The position numbers and the translations under genes are program-made. DNA of 20,353 nucleotides from Methanobacteriota archaeon (GTDB taxonomy: Archaea; Thermoplasmatota; Thermoplasmata; SG8-5; DAIRED01), in NCBI GenBank assembly GCA_043799545.1, contig JAZDNO010000001.1:1-20353 (forward strand), written 5' to 3'. The notes beneath the pieces were generated by a model. The model was not told the origin of the DNA. It was given only the letters and a program-made list of their open reading frames with translations, and did no database searches. This document shows, in pieces, positions 6,244 through 14,723 of the stretch. Positions within the stretch are counted from its first letter, which is position 1; each line of letters begins with the position of its first letter.

Positions 6244-8157
6244 ATGGACGGGAAACGCATTGTCAAAGGTCTGCTCGCTTTAGCAATCGCTTCGGTTTTC
6301 ATCGTCAATCTCGCGCCCGCTGGCTCGGCCCAGGCCGACCAGAGCTACGTGAAGGTTTCCACCGATTATCAGCTTCTCGGCGCGCAGGACCTGCACGGCG
6401 GCGGGCATCTGACCTACACGCTTGAGGGAGTCGCTGCGCAGGATTTGCGCCAGAAGGTGCTGGATGTCTACGACGGCGCCGTTTCGCCGTTCGTCCACAA
6501 CGGGCAGATAGAATCCTCGGAACTGAAGTACAGCGAAGCGGCTGGGACGTACATCGCGGACATCGAGCGCGCCCTCGAACGGGTGAGCTTCTTCGCAGGC
6601 AGCACGGTGTCCTTCGACCCGCTGCACGAAGGCCAGGGCGAGCCCATAACAGTCGATGCGGAGGGTTTCGTCGGCGAGAGCGTTGCCGACAGCACCGCCC
6701 CAATCAACATCTACCTCTACTTCGACGCCCAGCAAATGAGCGGTGCCAGGCCGACGGTGAGCCTCGTCGCGCGCGAGCTGTTCGAGGCCCTCTACTCGTC
6801 CCTCTCATCTCCCTGGACTGGCAAGTACATCTACACTCACATGGACTACCGCGTCGGGCTGCCAAGCTTCTCGAACACGCGCGTGACGGTCGGGGACATC
6901 TACGTCTTCAGGACGCCCGCCGGGGTCATCACCAAATACGACGTGACTTTCACGGGGGCCAACTACCCCACTGACCGTGCGGCGTACTCGTCTTTCGACT
7001 TCATCGAGAACGCCCAGGTCTCGTTCATCGTCATGTTCGTCTGCGCGTACTTCACCTCGGCCATGCCCAGCAGGGCGTGGGCAAACTACAAGCTGTCACA
7101 CCCGCGCAGGTACAGGCACAAGGCCAAGAAGATAAAGTGGATACACATACTCAGCAAGGTCCTGATAATATTCATGCTGATATTCTACTTCGTACCGAAC
7201 CTGTTCATGGTCTTCGGCGCCTCGCTGTACCTCAGCGGCGCCGTCATATGGATATTCGGCATAGTCTGCACCGTGGCCATGTTCGTGCTTGCGAAGAAAT
7301 TCTACGACAAGGCGCTGTCCACGATTCCCGAAGAGCCCATCGTCGCCCCGAGGCCGATGGCTCCCGCTCCGCAGCCCATGGCCGCGCAACCGGTCCAGGT
7401 CGTGGTTCAACAGCAGCCCCAGCAGGCGGCTCCGTCGGGTCCCCCGTGCGGCATGTGCAGGCAGGCAATCGACAACCACGACGATATGACGAAGTGCACC
7501 TGCGGGAAGGTATACCACAAGCACTGCATCGTCAACGTCAAGGCCTGCCCGTTCTGCTCCACCCCGTTCCCGGGGATGGTTAAAACGAAGGACGTCCAGT
7601 GCCCGACCTGCGCCGAGATGAACAAGATTCCCGAGGAAGCGAGCCTCATGTCCACCAAGTGCAAGGCCTGCGGAACCCTTCTGGCGAAGATAGAGCCCGG
7701 GTACAATTACCTCGTCATCAGCAAGGACCGCGCAACGGTATACAACGTGATGGTCAACATGCTGAAGTCGAACAAGATGGTCGGCCTCTGCATCACCTCC
7801 ACCTTCCCGGAGAAGATTAAGAAGGAGTATGACCTCAAGAACGCCGAGGTCGTCTGGGTTTCCGACACGACGGGCGACCCGACGATATTGAACCCGAAGA
7901 GGCTCGAGTTCGAGACCATGCGCACGATAGGCAACTTCCTCAAGGGGCGCCCGAACGCCATCCTGATGCTAGATGGCTTCGAATACCTGATAGTCGAGAA
8001 CGGATTCGAGAAGGTCCTGAAGTTCATCAAGAAGATAAACGACCTGAGCTCGGTCAACCACTCGACGTTCCTGGTCCCGATGGGCGGCGACTCGATAACG
8101 CCGGAGCAGATGGGCATCCTGCGCAAGGAATTCGATAAAGTTATTGAGGGATTATAA
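6244..8157 (+). CDS. Membrane protein: signal/anchor, extracellular domain, about 3 TM helices, Pro/Gln linker, C4HC3 RING/PHD-like finger, Zn ribbon, C-terminal DUF835 domain
   Basis: CGMC-x12-CTC-x4-H-x2-C-x6-CPFC, then CPTC...CKAC. The C-terminus GLCITSTFPE...VVWVS...LMLDGFEYLIVENGFEKVLKF matches DUF835. Confidence 0.85.
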   Translation: MDGKRIVKGLLALAIASVFIVNLAPAGSAQADQSYVKVSTDYQLLGAQDLHGGGHLTYTLEGVAAQDLRQKVLDVYDGAVSPFVHNGQIESSELKYSEAAGTYIADIERALERVSFFAGSTVSFDPLHEGQGEPITVDAEGFVGESVADSTAPINIYLYFDAQQMSGARPTVSLVARELFEALYSSLSSPWTGKYIYTHMDYRVGLPSFSNTRVTVGDIYVFRTPAGVITKYDVTFTGANYPTDRAAYSSFDFIENAQVSFIVMFVCAYFTSAMPSRAWANYKLSHPRRYRHKAKKIKWIHILSKVLIIFMLIFYFVPNLFMVFGASLYLSGAVIWIFGIVCTVAMFVLAKKFYDKALSTIPEEPIVAPRPMAPAPQPMAAQPVQVVVQQQPQQAAPSGPPCGMCRQAIDNHDDMTKCTCGKVYHKHCIVNVKACPFCSTPFPGMVKTKDVQCPTCAEMNKIPEEASLMSTKCKACGTLLAKIEPGYNYLVISKDRATVYNVMVNMLKSNKMVGLCITSTFPEKIKKEYDLKNAEVVWVSDTTGDPTILNPKRLEFETMRTIGNFLKGRPNAILMLDGFEYLIVENGFEKVLKFIKKINDLSSVNHSTFLVPMGGDSITPEQMGILRKEFDKVIEGL

Positions 8158-8221
8158 GGTCACCCAATAAACCCATTTTATTTGTTAGCGAAAGCGCATT
8201 TGATTGACTGCAATCTGTATT

Positions 8222-8833
8222 TTATTTCTTGCCCTTAGAAGGACTCTTGCGAGGAAGGCGAGGGTTGTGTGGAGGATTCCACTCTGGAGCACCTTTCGCC
8301 TCGACCCCAACGGATGACGCAATCCTCGCGGCGACAAACAGGACCAAGTCGTCGATTCTCTTCGGCTTGTGGTAAAATGCTGGCATCGCAGGCAGCACTA
8401 TTCCGCCCGCAAGGGTCAGTTGCCTCATGGCTTCAATCATCGGGAGGCTCAAAGGCGTCTCGCGCGGCACGACGACCAGGCGCCTGCGTTCCTTCAGCGC
8501 CACCGCAGCGGACCGGGTGATGAGGCTGTCCGAGATTCCATATGCAATCTTGGAAAGTGTCGACATCGAGCACGGCACTACGACCAAAGCGTCGAACCGC
8601 CTGCTGCCGGAGGCGGGCCAGTCGCCAACGTCGGAGTCGACCAGCGTTTCGCATGCAAGGGCTTCGAGCGATCCCGCGCCCCCCTCGATTTCAGAATCGA
8701 GAATCTGGCGCGCTGAAGCGGTAATTATCAGACTGGCCTTGTGACCTCCGGCCTTCAGAATTCGCAGGAATTCCAGAGCGTACGGAGCGCCGGACGCTCC
8801 ACTTACACCGACGACTATCTTTAGGCGCCCCAT
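8222..8833 (-). CDS. ubiX: Flavin prenyltransferase UbiX
   Basis: Motifs IVVGVSGASGAPY, PASGS, VVPCSMSTLSKIA, ALKERRRLVVVPRETP and PAMPAFYHKP. The start is ATG 8833; the 9433 extension overlaps the upstream gene. Confidence 0.95.
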   Translation of the reverse strand: MGRLKIVVGVSGASGAPYALEFLRILKAGGHKASLIITASARQILDSEIEGGAGSLEALACETLVDSDVGDWPASGSRRFDALVVVPCSMSTLSKIAYGISDSLITRSAAVALKERRRLVVVPRETPLSLPMIEAMRQLTLAGGIVLPAMPAFYHKPKRIDDLVLFVAARIASSVGVEAKGAPEWNPPHNPRLPRKSPSKGKK

Positions 8834-8838
8834 CGCAC

Positions 8839-9549
8839 TCAATCCGTGATTATTTCGAAACCGTTCTTCGTCGCCAGCAGAGGGAAGTATGCGCGGTCGT
8901 GCTCGCTCTTCCTCATCTTCACCACGCTGAGGAAAAGGTTGACGCTGCGGTTCTCGCGCTCCATGTCCAGGTGTATGATGCCGTCCGCTAGGAAGTCCTC
9001 TACTCCGAACATGCCGAACTGCTGCTTGTCGGGTTCCAGCATCTCTGAGATGACGAACGTCGTCATGCCCAGCTCCCTGAGCTTCTCGAAGAGGAAGAAT
9101 ATGTCGCTCCGCGGGTTCTTGAACTGGCTGAGCGAATAGAGGGCGGCGAGCGAGTCCAGAACGAGCACGTCGCAGCCGAACTTGTTCTTGTATCCCAGCA
9201 CCGTCGTCACGATGGACTCGACCCAGTTGATGTCCTGGCCCGTGACCTTGAGCTGGTTCTCCTTCCGCAGGCGGGTCATGTCTATCACGATTATGCCCGT
9301 CTCGGGGAGCGTGCGCGGGTCCATGTTGAGCCTGACCATGTGCTCGAGAAGGCTGACGCGGCTCTGCTCCAGCGTGAGGTAGATGCCCCTGCTGCGCTTG
9401 TTCTTGGCCTGGTTGAAAAGGATGTTGAAGCACAGTGTGGATTTCATCGTTCCAGCCCTTCCGCAGACCAGCACAAGATGCCCCTTCGGGATTCCCCCCT
9501 CCATCCGCTCGTCCAATCCTTTGACGTACGTGCGTATGCGCTCTTCCAT
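8839..9549 (-). CDS. Single-domain KaiC-like (RecA-superfamily, RAD55-type) ATPase
   Basis: IRTYVKGLDERMEGGIP, Walker A variant GRAGTMKS, YLTLEQ, Walker B VLVLDSL, EDFLADGIIHL and VVKMR. Confidence 0.9.
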   Translation of the reverse strand: MEERIRTYVKGLDERMEGGIPKGHLVLVCGRAGTMKSTLCFNILFNQAKNKRSRGIYLTLEQSRVSLLEHMVRLNMDPRTLPETGIIVIDMTRLRKENQLKVTGQDINWVESIVTTVLGYKNKFGCDVLVLDSLAALYSLSQFKNPRSDIFFLFEKLRELGMTTFVISEMLEPDKQQFGMFGVEDFLADGIIHLDMERENRSVNLFLSVVKMRKSEHDRAYFPLLATKNGFEIITD

Positions 9550-9573
9550 GCGGACTGAATTGGTCAGGGGGGT

Positions 9574-9603
9574 TAAAAAGGTTAGGTTAGAAACCCATTA
9601 ATA
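9574..9603. promoter_or_regulatory. Divergent promoter region (KaiC-like gene versus STAND-TPR gene)
   Basis: TTTTTAA on the minus strand lies about 25 nt before ATG 9549. TTAATA at 9598-9603 on the plus strand lies upstream of TTG 9643. Confidence 0.4.
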
Positions 9604-9642
9604 CTCCGTAGAAAATGATGGTACAGAGAGAAGGTCGATTGC

Positions 9643-11988
9643 TTGGCTGCCAAAGACTTCGCCGGCCGCGAAAAAGAGCTCGAAATGCTCAGCAACTACA
9701 TGGATGACGCAAATGCCGGGCGGGCGACCTACGTTTTCATATCGGGCGAGTCGGGGATGGGCAAGTCCAGGCTCGCCGACGAATTCACCTCCAGGCTCAG
9801 AAGCAGCGCGCACGTCCTCCGCCACAGGAACACGCCGGGGGAGCGCTCGGTGCCGTTCGCCGGATTGCGGGAGCTTCTGACCCAATGCAAGAGGGAAAAG
9901 GTCGGCGGTCCCGGCGAGCTGGTGAAACTGCGGGACATCCTGGACGCAAAGTCGAAGGGCAAGGGGGATTTGAAGAAGGAGCGGGACGTGCTCCAGTCCG
10001 GAGTGCTCGCGTTTTTCGCCGAGGCCTCAAAGCTGAAACCGATTGTCATCTCGTTAGGCGAGGTGCAGTGGCTGGACGAATCCTCTGTGGCGATGCTCCA
10101 AAGGATGGTCCACGACCTCAGGAAATCCAGGGTTCTGCTCATAGGCACCTACTGCCCGGACGAACTGGAAGACTCTGCGGGGAACGCCCTGCCTTTCACG
10201 GAGGCGCTGGCTTCGATGCTCGTCGAAGGGCTGGTGGCGATGATGCCCCTCGACCGCCTCAGCGAGGAGCGGACGGGGGAGCTTGTGGCGCAGCGGGCGG
10301 GACTGAAAAGGCCCGACCCGAACCTCACGCGCCTCATCTTCGCCGAATCCGAGGGTCTTCCCCTGTTCACAATAGAAATCGTGGACTCGTTGCTGGAATC
10401 GGGGATTCTCGACCCCGAGAAGAAGGGGATGGCCAAAGGCTTCGACGCTTCCAAATTCAAGATGCCCAAGGGGGTCAAGGAGGCCATCGGGGAGAGGCTG
10501 GACGCGCTGCACGCCGACGTGAGGGAGGTTCTCTCAAGCGCATCCGTCCTGGGAAACGAGTTCCATGCAAAGGTCCTGACAAAGATATTGAGCGCCCCCA
10601 AAATCGTCATAGGTTCGGCCCTCGCCGAGCTCGTATCCAGGAAACTCATCATCGAGGTTACGGGAGCGGAAGAGGAGACCTACCGGTTCGCCCATTCCAA
10701 GGTTCAGCAGGTCGCTTACGCCCGACTCGGAAAATCTGTTGCCGCGGCAATCCATGCCAAGGCGGCCAAGGCGCTCCTTTCAATCCACCCAGAAGTACCG
10801 GAATGGGTCGCCTACGAACTCGTTCCGCATTTGTCCGCCGCTGGAGAGCACGAGCAGGCCGCGAAATACTGCCGAAAGGCGGCGGCATTCGCCACGAACT
10901 CCCACGCAATCGAGGAGGCGTTGCGTTACTACAAGATGGCGCTCGACTCGCTCACGAAGGTCCAGCCGTCCAGGGGTCGGGACCTCGCAGAGGCCGACAC
11001 CCTTGTCGAGTTGGCCGGCGTCCAATATTCAGGCGGAGAGTGGGATGCAGCGCTCGCCAGCTACCGCAAGGCGTTTGCCATAGGAGAGAAAACCGTGGAG
11101 GCTGCGGCCATGTCGAAGGCGTCAGCCGGACTGGGCGAGGTGCTGCGCTTCCGGGGGGATTATTCCGAGGCAAAGATAAATTTCCGGCGCGTGCTCGACC
11201 TGGCCATCGGCTCCGAGGACGATTTGGCGCTGGCGGTGGCGCTCAAGGGACTTGGCTACATCGAATGGCGCCTGGGCAAATTCGACGAGGCCGAGAGCCA
11301 TTACACCAAGGCGTACGAAATCGCCAAGAGGCTTAACGACTCGGTTCTCTTGGGCATCGTGACGCTGGAACGGGGCAACGTCTGCACTGCAAGGGGGGAC
11401 CTCGCCGGAGCCGAGAGAGGCTACCGCGAGTCCATCGCCTTCACGCAGTCGGGGGAGGACGCCTTCACCCTGGCGCGGGCGTACAACAACCTCGGAGACA
11501 TCTCCCTCCAGAGGCGCGACTGGACGTCCGCCATCTCGAACTTCGAGATGTGCTCCGGCATCGCCCGGTCCATCTGCAACCATGACCTGCTCGGCTGGTC
11601 CCTTTTCAACCTCGGGGAGGCCCTCGCAAAGAAAGGCGAGCTCGACAAAGCCGAGGCGGCCTGCGTCGAGGCGCTGGCAATCCTGTCCAAGTTGAACGAC
11701 AGGACGGGCATCGCCGGCATCCACAAAAACCTGGGCGTAGTGCACTCGCTGAGGGGAGACTGGAAGAAGGCTGAAAAGTCCTTCTCGGAAAGCGCCAGGA
11801 TGGAGGAGGAGATGAACACTCCGCACGCACTGGCGGAGACGTACATCGAGTGGGGCGAGGCGCTGGCCCGTAAAAAAGACATGACGGGTGCGCGGGAGAA
11901 GCTGACACACGCTATCGAGCTGGCGGATAAGATAGACGCGAAGGAATTCGCGAGGCGCGCGAGGGAGGCGCTGGAGTCCCTGAAGTGA
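9643..11988 (+). CDS. STAND-type (AAA_16/MalT-LAL-like) NTPase with helical/winged-helix region and TPR repeats
   Basis: FAGREKELE, Walker A GESGMGKS, ESEGLPLFTIEIV, YRFAHSKVQQVAY and several TPR-like units (ARAYNNLGDI, WSLFNLGEAL, AGIHKNLGVV). The TTG start is the first possible start after an in-frame stop. Confidence 0.88.
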   Translation: MAAKDFAGREKELEMLSNYMDDANAGRATYVFISGESGMGKSRLADEFTSRLRSSAHVLRHRNTPGERSVPFAGLRELLTQCKREKVGGPGELVKLRDILDAKSKGKGDLKKERDVLQSGVLAFFAEASKLKPIVISLGEVQWLDESSVAMLQRMVHDLRKSRVLLIGTYCPDELEDSAGNALPFTEALASMLVEGLVAMMPLDRLSEERTGELVAQRAGLKRPDPNLTRLIFAESEGLPLFTIEIVDSLLESGILDPEKKGMAKGFDASKFKMPKGVKEAIGERLDALHADVREVLSSASVLGNEFHAKVLTKILSAPKIVIGSALAELVSRKLIIEVTGAEEETYRFAHSKVQQVAYARLGKSVAAAIHAKAAKALLSIHPEVPEWVAYELVPHLSAAGEHEQAAKYCRKAAAFATNSHAIEEALRYYKMALDSLTKVQPSRGRDLAEADTLVELAGVQYSGGEWDAALASYRKAFAIGEKTVEAAAMSKASAGLGEVLRFRGDYSEAKINFRRVLDLAIGSEDDLALAVALKGLGYIEWRLGKFDEAESHYTKAYEIAKRLNDSVLLGIVTLERGNVCTARGDLAGAERGYRESIAFTQSGEDAFTLARAYNNLGDISLQRRDWTSAISNFEMCSGIARSICNHDLLGWSLFNLGEALAKKGELDKAEAACVEALAILSKLNDRTGIAGIHKNLGVVHSLRGDWKKAEKSFSESARMEEEMNTPHALAETYIEWGEALARKKDMTGAREKLTHAIELADKIDAKEFARRAREALESLK

Positions 11989-11992
11989 TAAC

Positions 11993-12223
11993 ATGACCTC
12001 CGAACTCTCCAGGAAGCTGCAGAACGTCATGTCCCGCGAGATGGGTCAGCTCGGCAAGTTCATAGTCCAGAAGCAATGCAAGGACCTCGGCATAGATTCC
12101 GAGGAGATAAAACCGGAGAACCTACCGCAACTGGCCAAGGCATTTTCCAAGGTGATGGTGACCTTTGGGGGAGAGGCGAAGGCGCAGAACATCGAGAGGG
12201 AGATCAGGAAGCTCGCAGGATAG
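11993..12223 (+). CDS. Small 76-aa all-helical hypothetical protein
   Basis: It lies 4 bp after the STAND gene with host-like codon usage. MGQLGKFIVQKQCKDLGID...LPQLAKAF resembles small helical partner domains seen in archaeal signalling loci. Confidence 0.7.
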   Translation: MTSELSRKLQNVMSREMGQLGKFIVQKQCKDLGIDSEEIKPENLPQLAKAFSKVMVTFGGEAKAQNIEREIRKLAG

Positions 12224-12226
12224 TAC

Positions 12227-13675
12227 TCACTTCTCGACCTTTGTCCCCTCGTCGATTTCAATCAGCCGCCGGACGAGCTTCATCTTCTCCTCGATGTCCG
12301 AGTTCGCCCTTATCACCATGCCCGCGCCGTCCGGCGAGCCGCCGCCGTGCATCGTGCCCGGCACGCCCGAGCCTATCGTGAGCCACTCGATGAGCCGCGC
12401 GAGCTTCACCCGCGTCTCGGCGGTCGAGTTCGCTTTTAGGTATTTCTTCACGAGCCCTCCGTGCTCGGGACTCTCCAAGTCCTTCCAAGACGGCATGCAT
12501 CCCGTCTCTGCTATCCCTCCGCCGATTTCCTGCGCGAGCCGCTTCGTCTCGTAAGGCAACGTTGCGACATGAACCTTGTTGACGTTTGCCAGCAGCGGGT
12601 CGCACGTCCACACGCCGGACGGGTGTTTCTTCCCGCACGCAGCCGCGGCGATGCCGACCGCGAAGGTCGTCTCGTTGTTTATTGTCATCTTGTTGAGCTT
12701 GTCGCCGAACGCTTTTTCGTTGAGGCCGTTCGCTCGCGCCAGAAGCGCCGACGCACCGACCATGAGGTCGCCCTGCCCCGCGACGCAGCCCCCTATCGCG
12801 CTGCGGTAAGGCGAAATGAACGACATGATGTTCTTCATCGTCCACTCCCACTCGCCGTTCATGAAAACGCGCTCCCTTGGAACGAAAACATCCTCGAAGA
12901 AAACGTAGCCCTGCGTTATTCCGCCGCACTTAACGGGGTTGTCCCAACCGTCCTCGAAGTCGCGGCCGTCGCTCGGGTGGCGGGCTTCGATTATCGTGAT
13001 TCCCTTCTCGTCTTTCGGGGTGACGAACGACACGGAATAATCCTTGTCGTCGACCTTGTAGCCGGAGCCAGGCAGCACAAATATCTCGTGCGATGCCGCC
13101 GCGCCCGCAATCTGGACCTTCGCCCCTCGCACCGTGATTCCGTCGTCGCTCGTTTCAACGACGCGCAAATTCATGTCCGGGTCCTTCTGCTTGTGCGGAG
13201 GCAAAGAGCGGTCCCCCTTCGGGTCAGTCAGCGCGCCGCAGACGCTTATGTCGCGCTTTTGGGCTTCAATCAGCCAGTTCTTCAAATTTTCGTGATATTT
13301 CGTACCGCGCTCTTTGTCGATTTCCCACGCCGTCGCCCACGTCGCGTTGACGGAATTCCACCCGACGCAGCGACCGCCGGTGCACGTCCCCGTGAGGTTG
13401 AACATCAAGCGCTTCATCCGCGAATTCGCCCACATGTCCTCCATGTTTTCTATCAGCGTGAGGTATCTTGAGACGCGCTCGCCGGAGAAGCTGGACACCT
13501 TCGTAACGACGTCTCGATGCTGAGAGTCGTGCTGCGCCGCGTAGATCTGCGCGTGACCCGAAACTGCCCTTCGCGTCGCCGGATGCGTCGTGACATCCTT
13601 GATTAATTCTCCGAACTTGTGGACGTTCGGGCGCATCTCCCTGAGGCTCTCGCGGTACTGCTCTGGCGTCTTCAT
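12227..13675 (-). CDS. 4-hydroxybutyryl-CoA dehydratase (AbfD)/HpaB-family flavoprotein, divergent
   Basis: MKTPEQYRESL start (ATG 13675, GAGGT upstream), ALTDPKGDRS, VRGAK, FEDVFVPRERVF, GGC and MHGGGSP. Confidence 0.88.
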   Translation of the reverse strand: MKTPEQYRESLREMRPNVHKFGELIKDVTTHPATRRAVSGHAQIYAAQHDSQHRDVVTKVSSFSGERVSRYLTLIENMEDMWANSRMKRLMFNLTGTCTGGRCVGWNSVNATWATAWEIDKERGTKYHENLKNWLIEAQKRDISVCGALTDPKGDRSLPPHKQKDPDMNLRVVETSDDGITVRGAKVQIAGAAASHEIFVLPGSGYKVDDKDYSVSFVTPKDEKGITIIEARHPSDGRDFEDGWDNPVKCGGITQGYVFFEDVFVPRERVFMNGEWEWTMKNIMSFISPYRSAIGGCVAGQGDLMVGASALLARANGLNEKAFGDKLNKMTINNETTFAVGIAAAACGKKHPSGVWTCDPLLANVNKVHVATLPYETKRLAQEIGGGIAETGCMPSWKDLESPEHGGLVKKYLKANSTAETRVKLARLIEWLTIGSGVPGTMHGGGSPDGAGMVIRANSDIEEKMKLVRRLIEIDEGTKVEK

Positions 13676-13798
13676 TTTAACGACCTCTCGGCGGAGAATC
13701 GTCTTGCGAGGTAATAGTTTTATCGTCGCAAAAAAAAATGAAAACTCAGATAACGTTATAAGCAACAAATGCCTATACCTCCCACGGAGGAACATCCA

Positions 13799-13867
13799 AT
13801 GGCACCAAAGAAGAAGGCTGCGAAAAAGAAAGTTGCAAAGAAGAAGACAGCCAAGAAGAAGAAGTAA
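13799..13867 (+). CDS. 22-aa Lys/Ala-rich microprotein MAPKKKAAKKKVAKKKTAKKKK (histone H1-tail-like)
   Basis: GGAGG at 13786-90 lies 8 nt before the ATG, and TTATAA at about 13756-61 is upstream. Codons show synonymous variation (AAG/AAA, GCT/GCG/GCA/GCC), and a hairpin follows. Confidence 0.7.
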   Translation: MAPKKKAAKKKVAKKKTAKKKK

Positions 13868-13881
13868 AACGTTTAAGATCT

Positions 13882-13926
13882 GGATGGGGGGAGTTATCTA
13901 CTATTTTTATTCGTTTCCTCCCATCC
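13882..13926 (+). terminator. 11-bp hairpin after the microprotein gene
   Basis: GGATGGGGGGA pairs with TCCTCCCATCC (one G-U) around a 23-nt loop containing a T-tract. Confidence 0.45.
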
Positions 13927-13973
13927 GCAAAAGCTTGATATATCCGCTTCAATTGTTAGGCGCGGGTGAGCTA

Positions 13974-14723
13974 ATGAAAGACCTCGAAGGCCGGACGGCC
14001 CTCGTCACGGGCGCGTCGCGGGGGATAGGGCGCGCGATTGCGTTTGCGCTCGCAAGCGAGGGAGCCAGCGTTGCCGTAAATTACCTCAAGAGCGGTTCAA
14101 AGGCTCGCGAAGTCGTCAGAGAAATCCGCTCGGCGGGAGGCGAGGCCGTCGCGATAAAAGCGAATGTTTCCGACATCGCGGAGGTAAAAAAAATGCGCGT
14201 CGAGATTTTGAAACGTTTCGGCGAGGTCGAAGTTCTAATAAACAACGCGGGCATACACCAGCACCTAAAATCGTGGGAGCTGGACATCGCGGATTGGGAG
14301 AATGTCATCGGGACGAACCTCACATCGATATTCAACACGGCGAACGTTTTCGCTCCCGCAATGAAGAAGGCTAAATGGGGGAGAATCGTCAACGTCGCGT
14401 CCGTCATCGCATACGTCGGAACCGACCACGAAATGCACTACGCCGCATCGAAAGGAGGTTGCATATCGGCGACGAAGGCCATCGCGCTGGAGCTCGCGCC
14501 GCACGGCGTGCGCGTCAACGCGGTCGCGCCGGGCTACATCGACACGGACATGACGAAATTCTCTTCCGAGAAGGAGAGGCGGTTCCATCTCGCGAAGATA
14601 CCGATGGGTCGGCTGGGTGTGACGTCGGAAATTGCCGATGCCGTGGCGTTCTTATGTTCCGAGAAAGCATCTTACATTACGGGCTCTGTATTACACGTCA
14701 ATGGCGGTCTGGCGCTTCTTTAG
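13974..14723 (+). CDS. Short-chain dehydrogenase/reductase, FabG-like
   Basis: TGASRGIG, NNAGI, YAASK and NAVAPGYIDT. The start is ATG 13974 after GGTGAG. The specific substrate is unknown. Confidence 0.92.
   Translation: MKDLEGRTALVTGASRGIGRAIAFALASEGASVAVNYLKSGSKAREVVREIRSAGGEAVAIKANVSDIAEVKKMRVEILKRFGEVEVLINNAGIHQHLKSWELDIADWENVIGTNLTSIFNTANVFAPAMKKAKWGRIVNVASVIAYVGTDHEMHYAASKGGCISATKAIALELAPHGVRVNAVAPGYIDTDMTKFSSEKERRFHLAKIPMGRLGVTSEIADAVAFLCSEKASYITGSVLHVNGGLALL

Noticed and set aside
8222-9433. 403-aa ORF as an extended or fused UbiX
   Set aside because: The upstream 200 codons are an alternative frame inside the KaiC-like gene, and UbiX homology begins at ATG 8833.
8839-9549. Circadian clock KaiC or RadA recombinase
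   Set aside because: It is a single domain with no kaiA/kaiB nearby and lacks the RadA N-terminal HhH domain.
9885-12030. Long alternative-frame and antisense ORFs (for example 9885-11336+, 11122-12030-, 12461-13471+, 18983-19855+)
   Set aside because: These are typical shadow ORFs of high-GC coding regions, fully overlapping well-supported genes and lacking recognisable motifs.
9643-12223. Avs/NLR-like antiviral defence system
   Set aside because: There is no nuclease, TIR, SIR2, protease or other effector domain, the GC is host-like, and there is no defence-island context.
13590-13973. N-terminal extensions of the SDR (13590) and AbfD-like (13795) ORFs
   Set aside because: They run across promoters and the microprotein gene. 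Better starts with RBS exist at 13974 and 13675.
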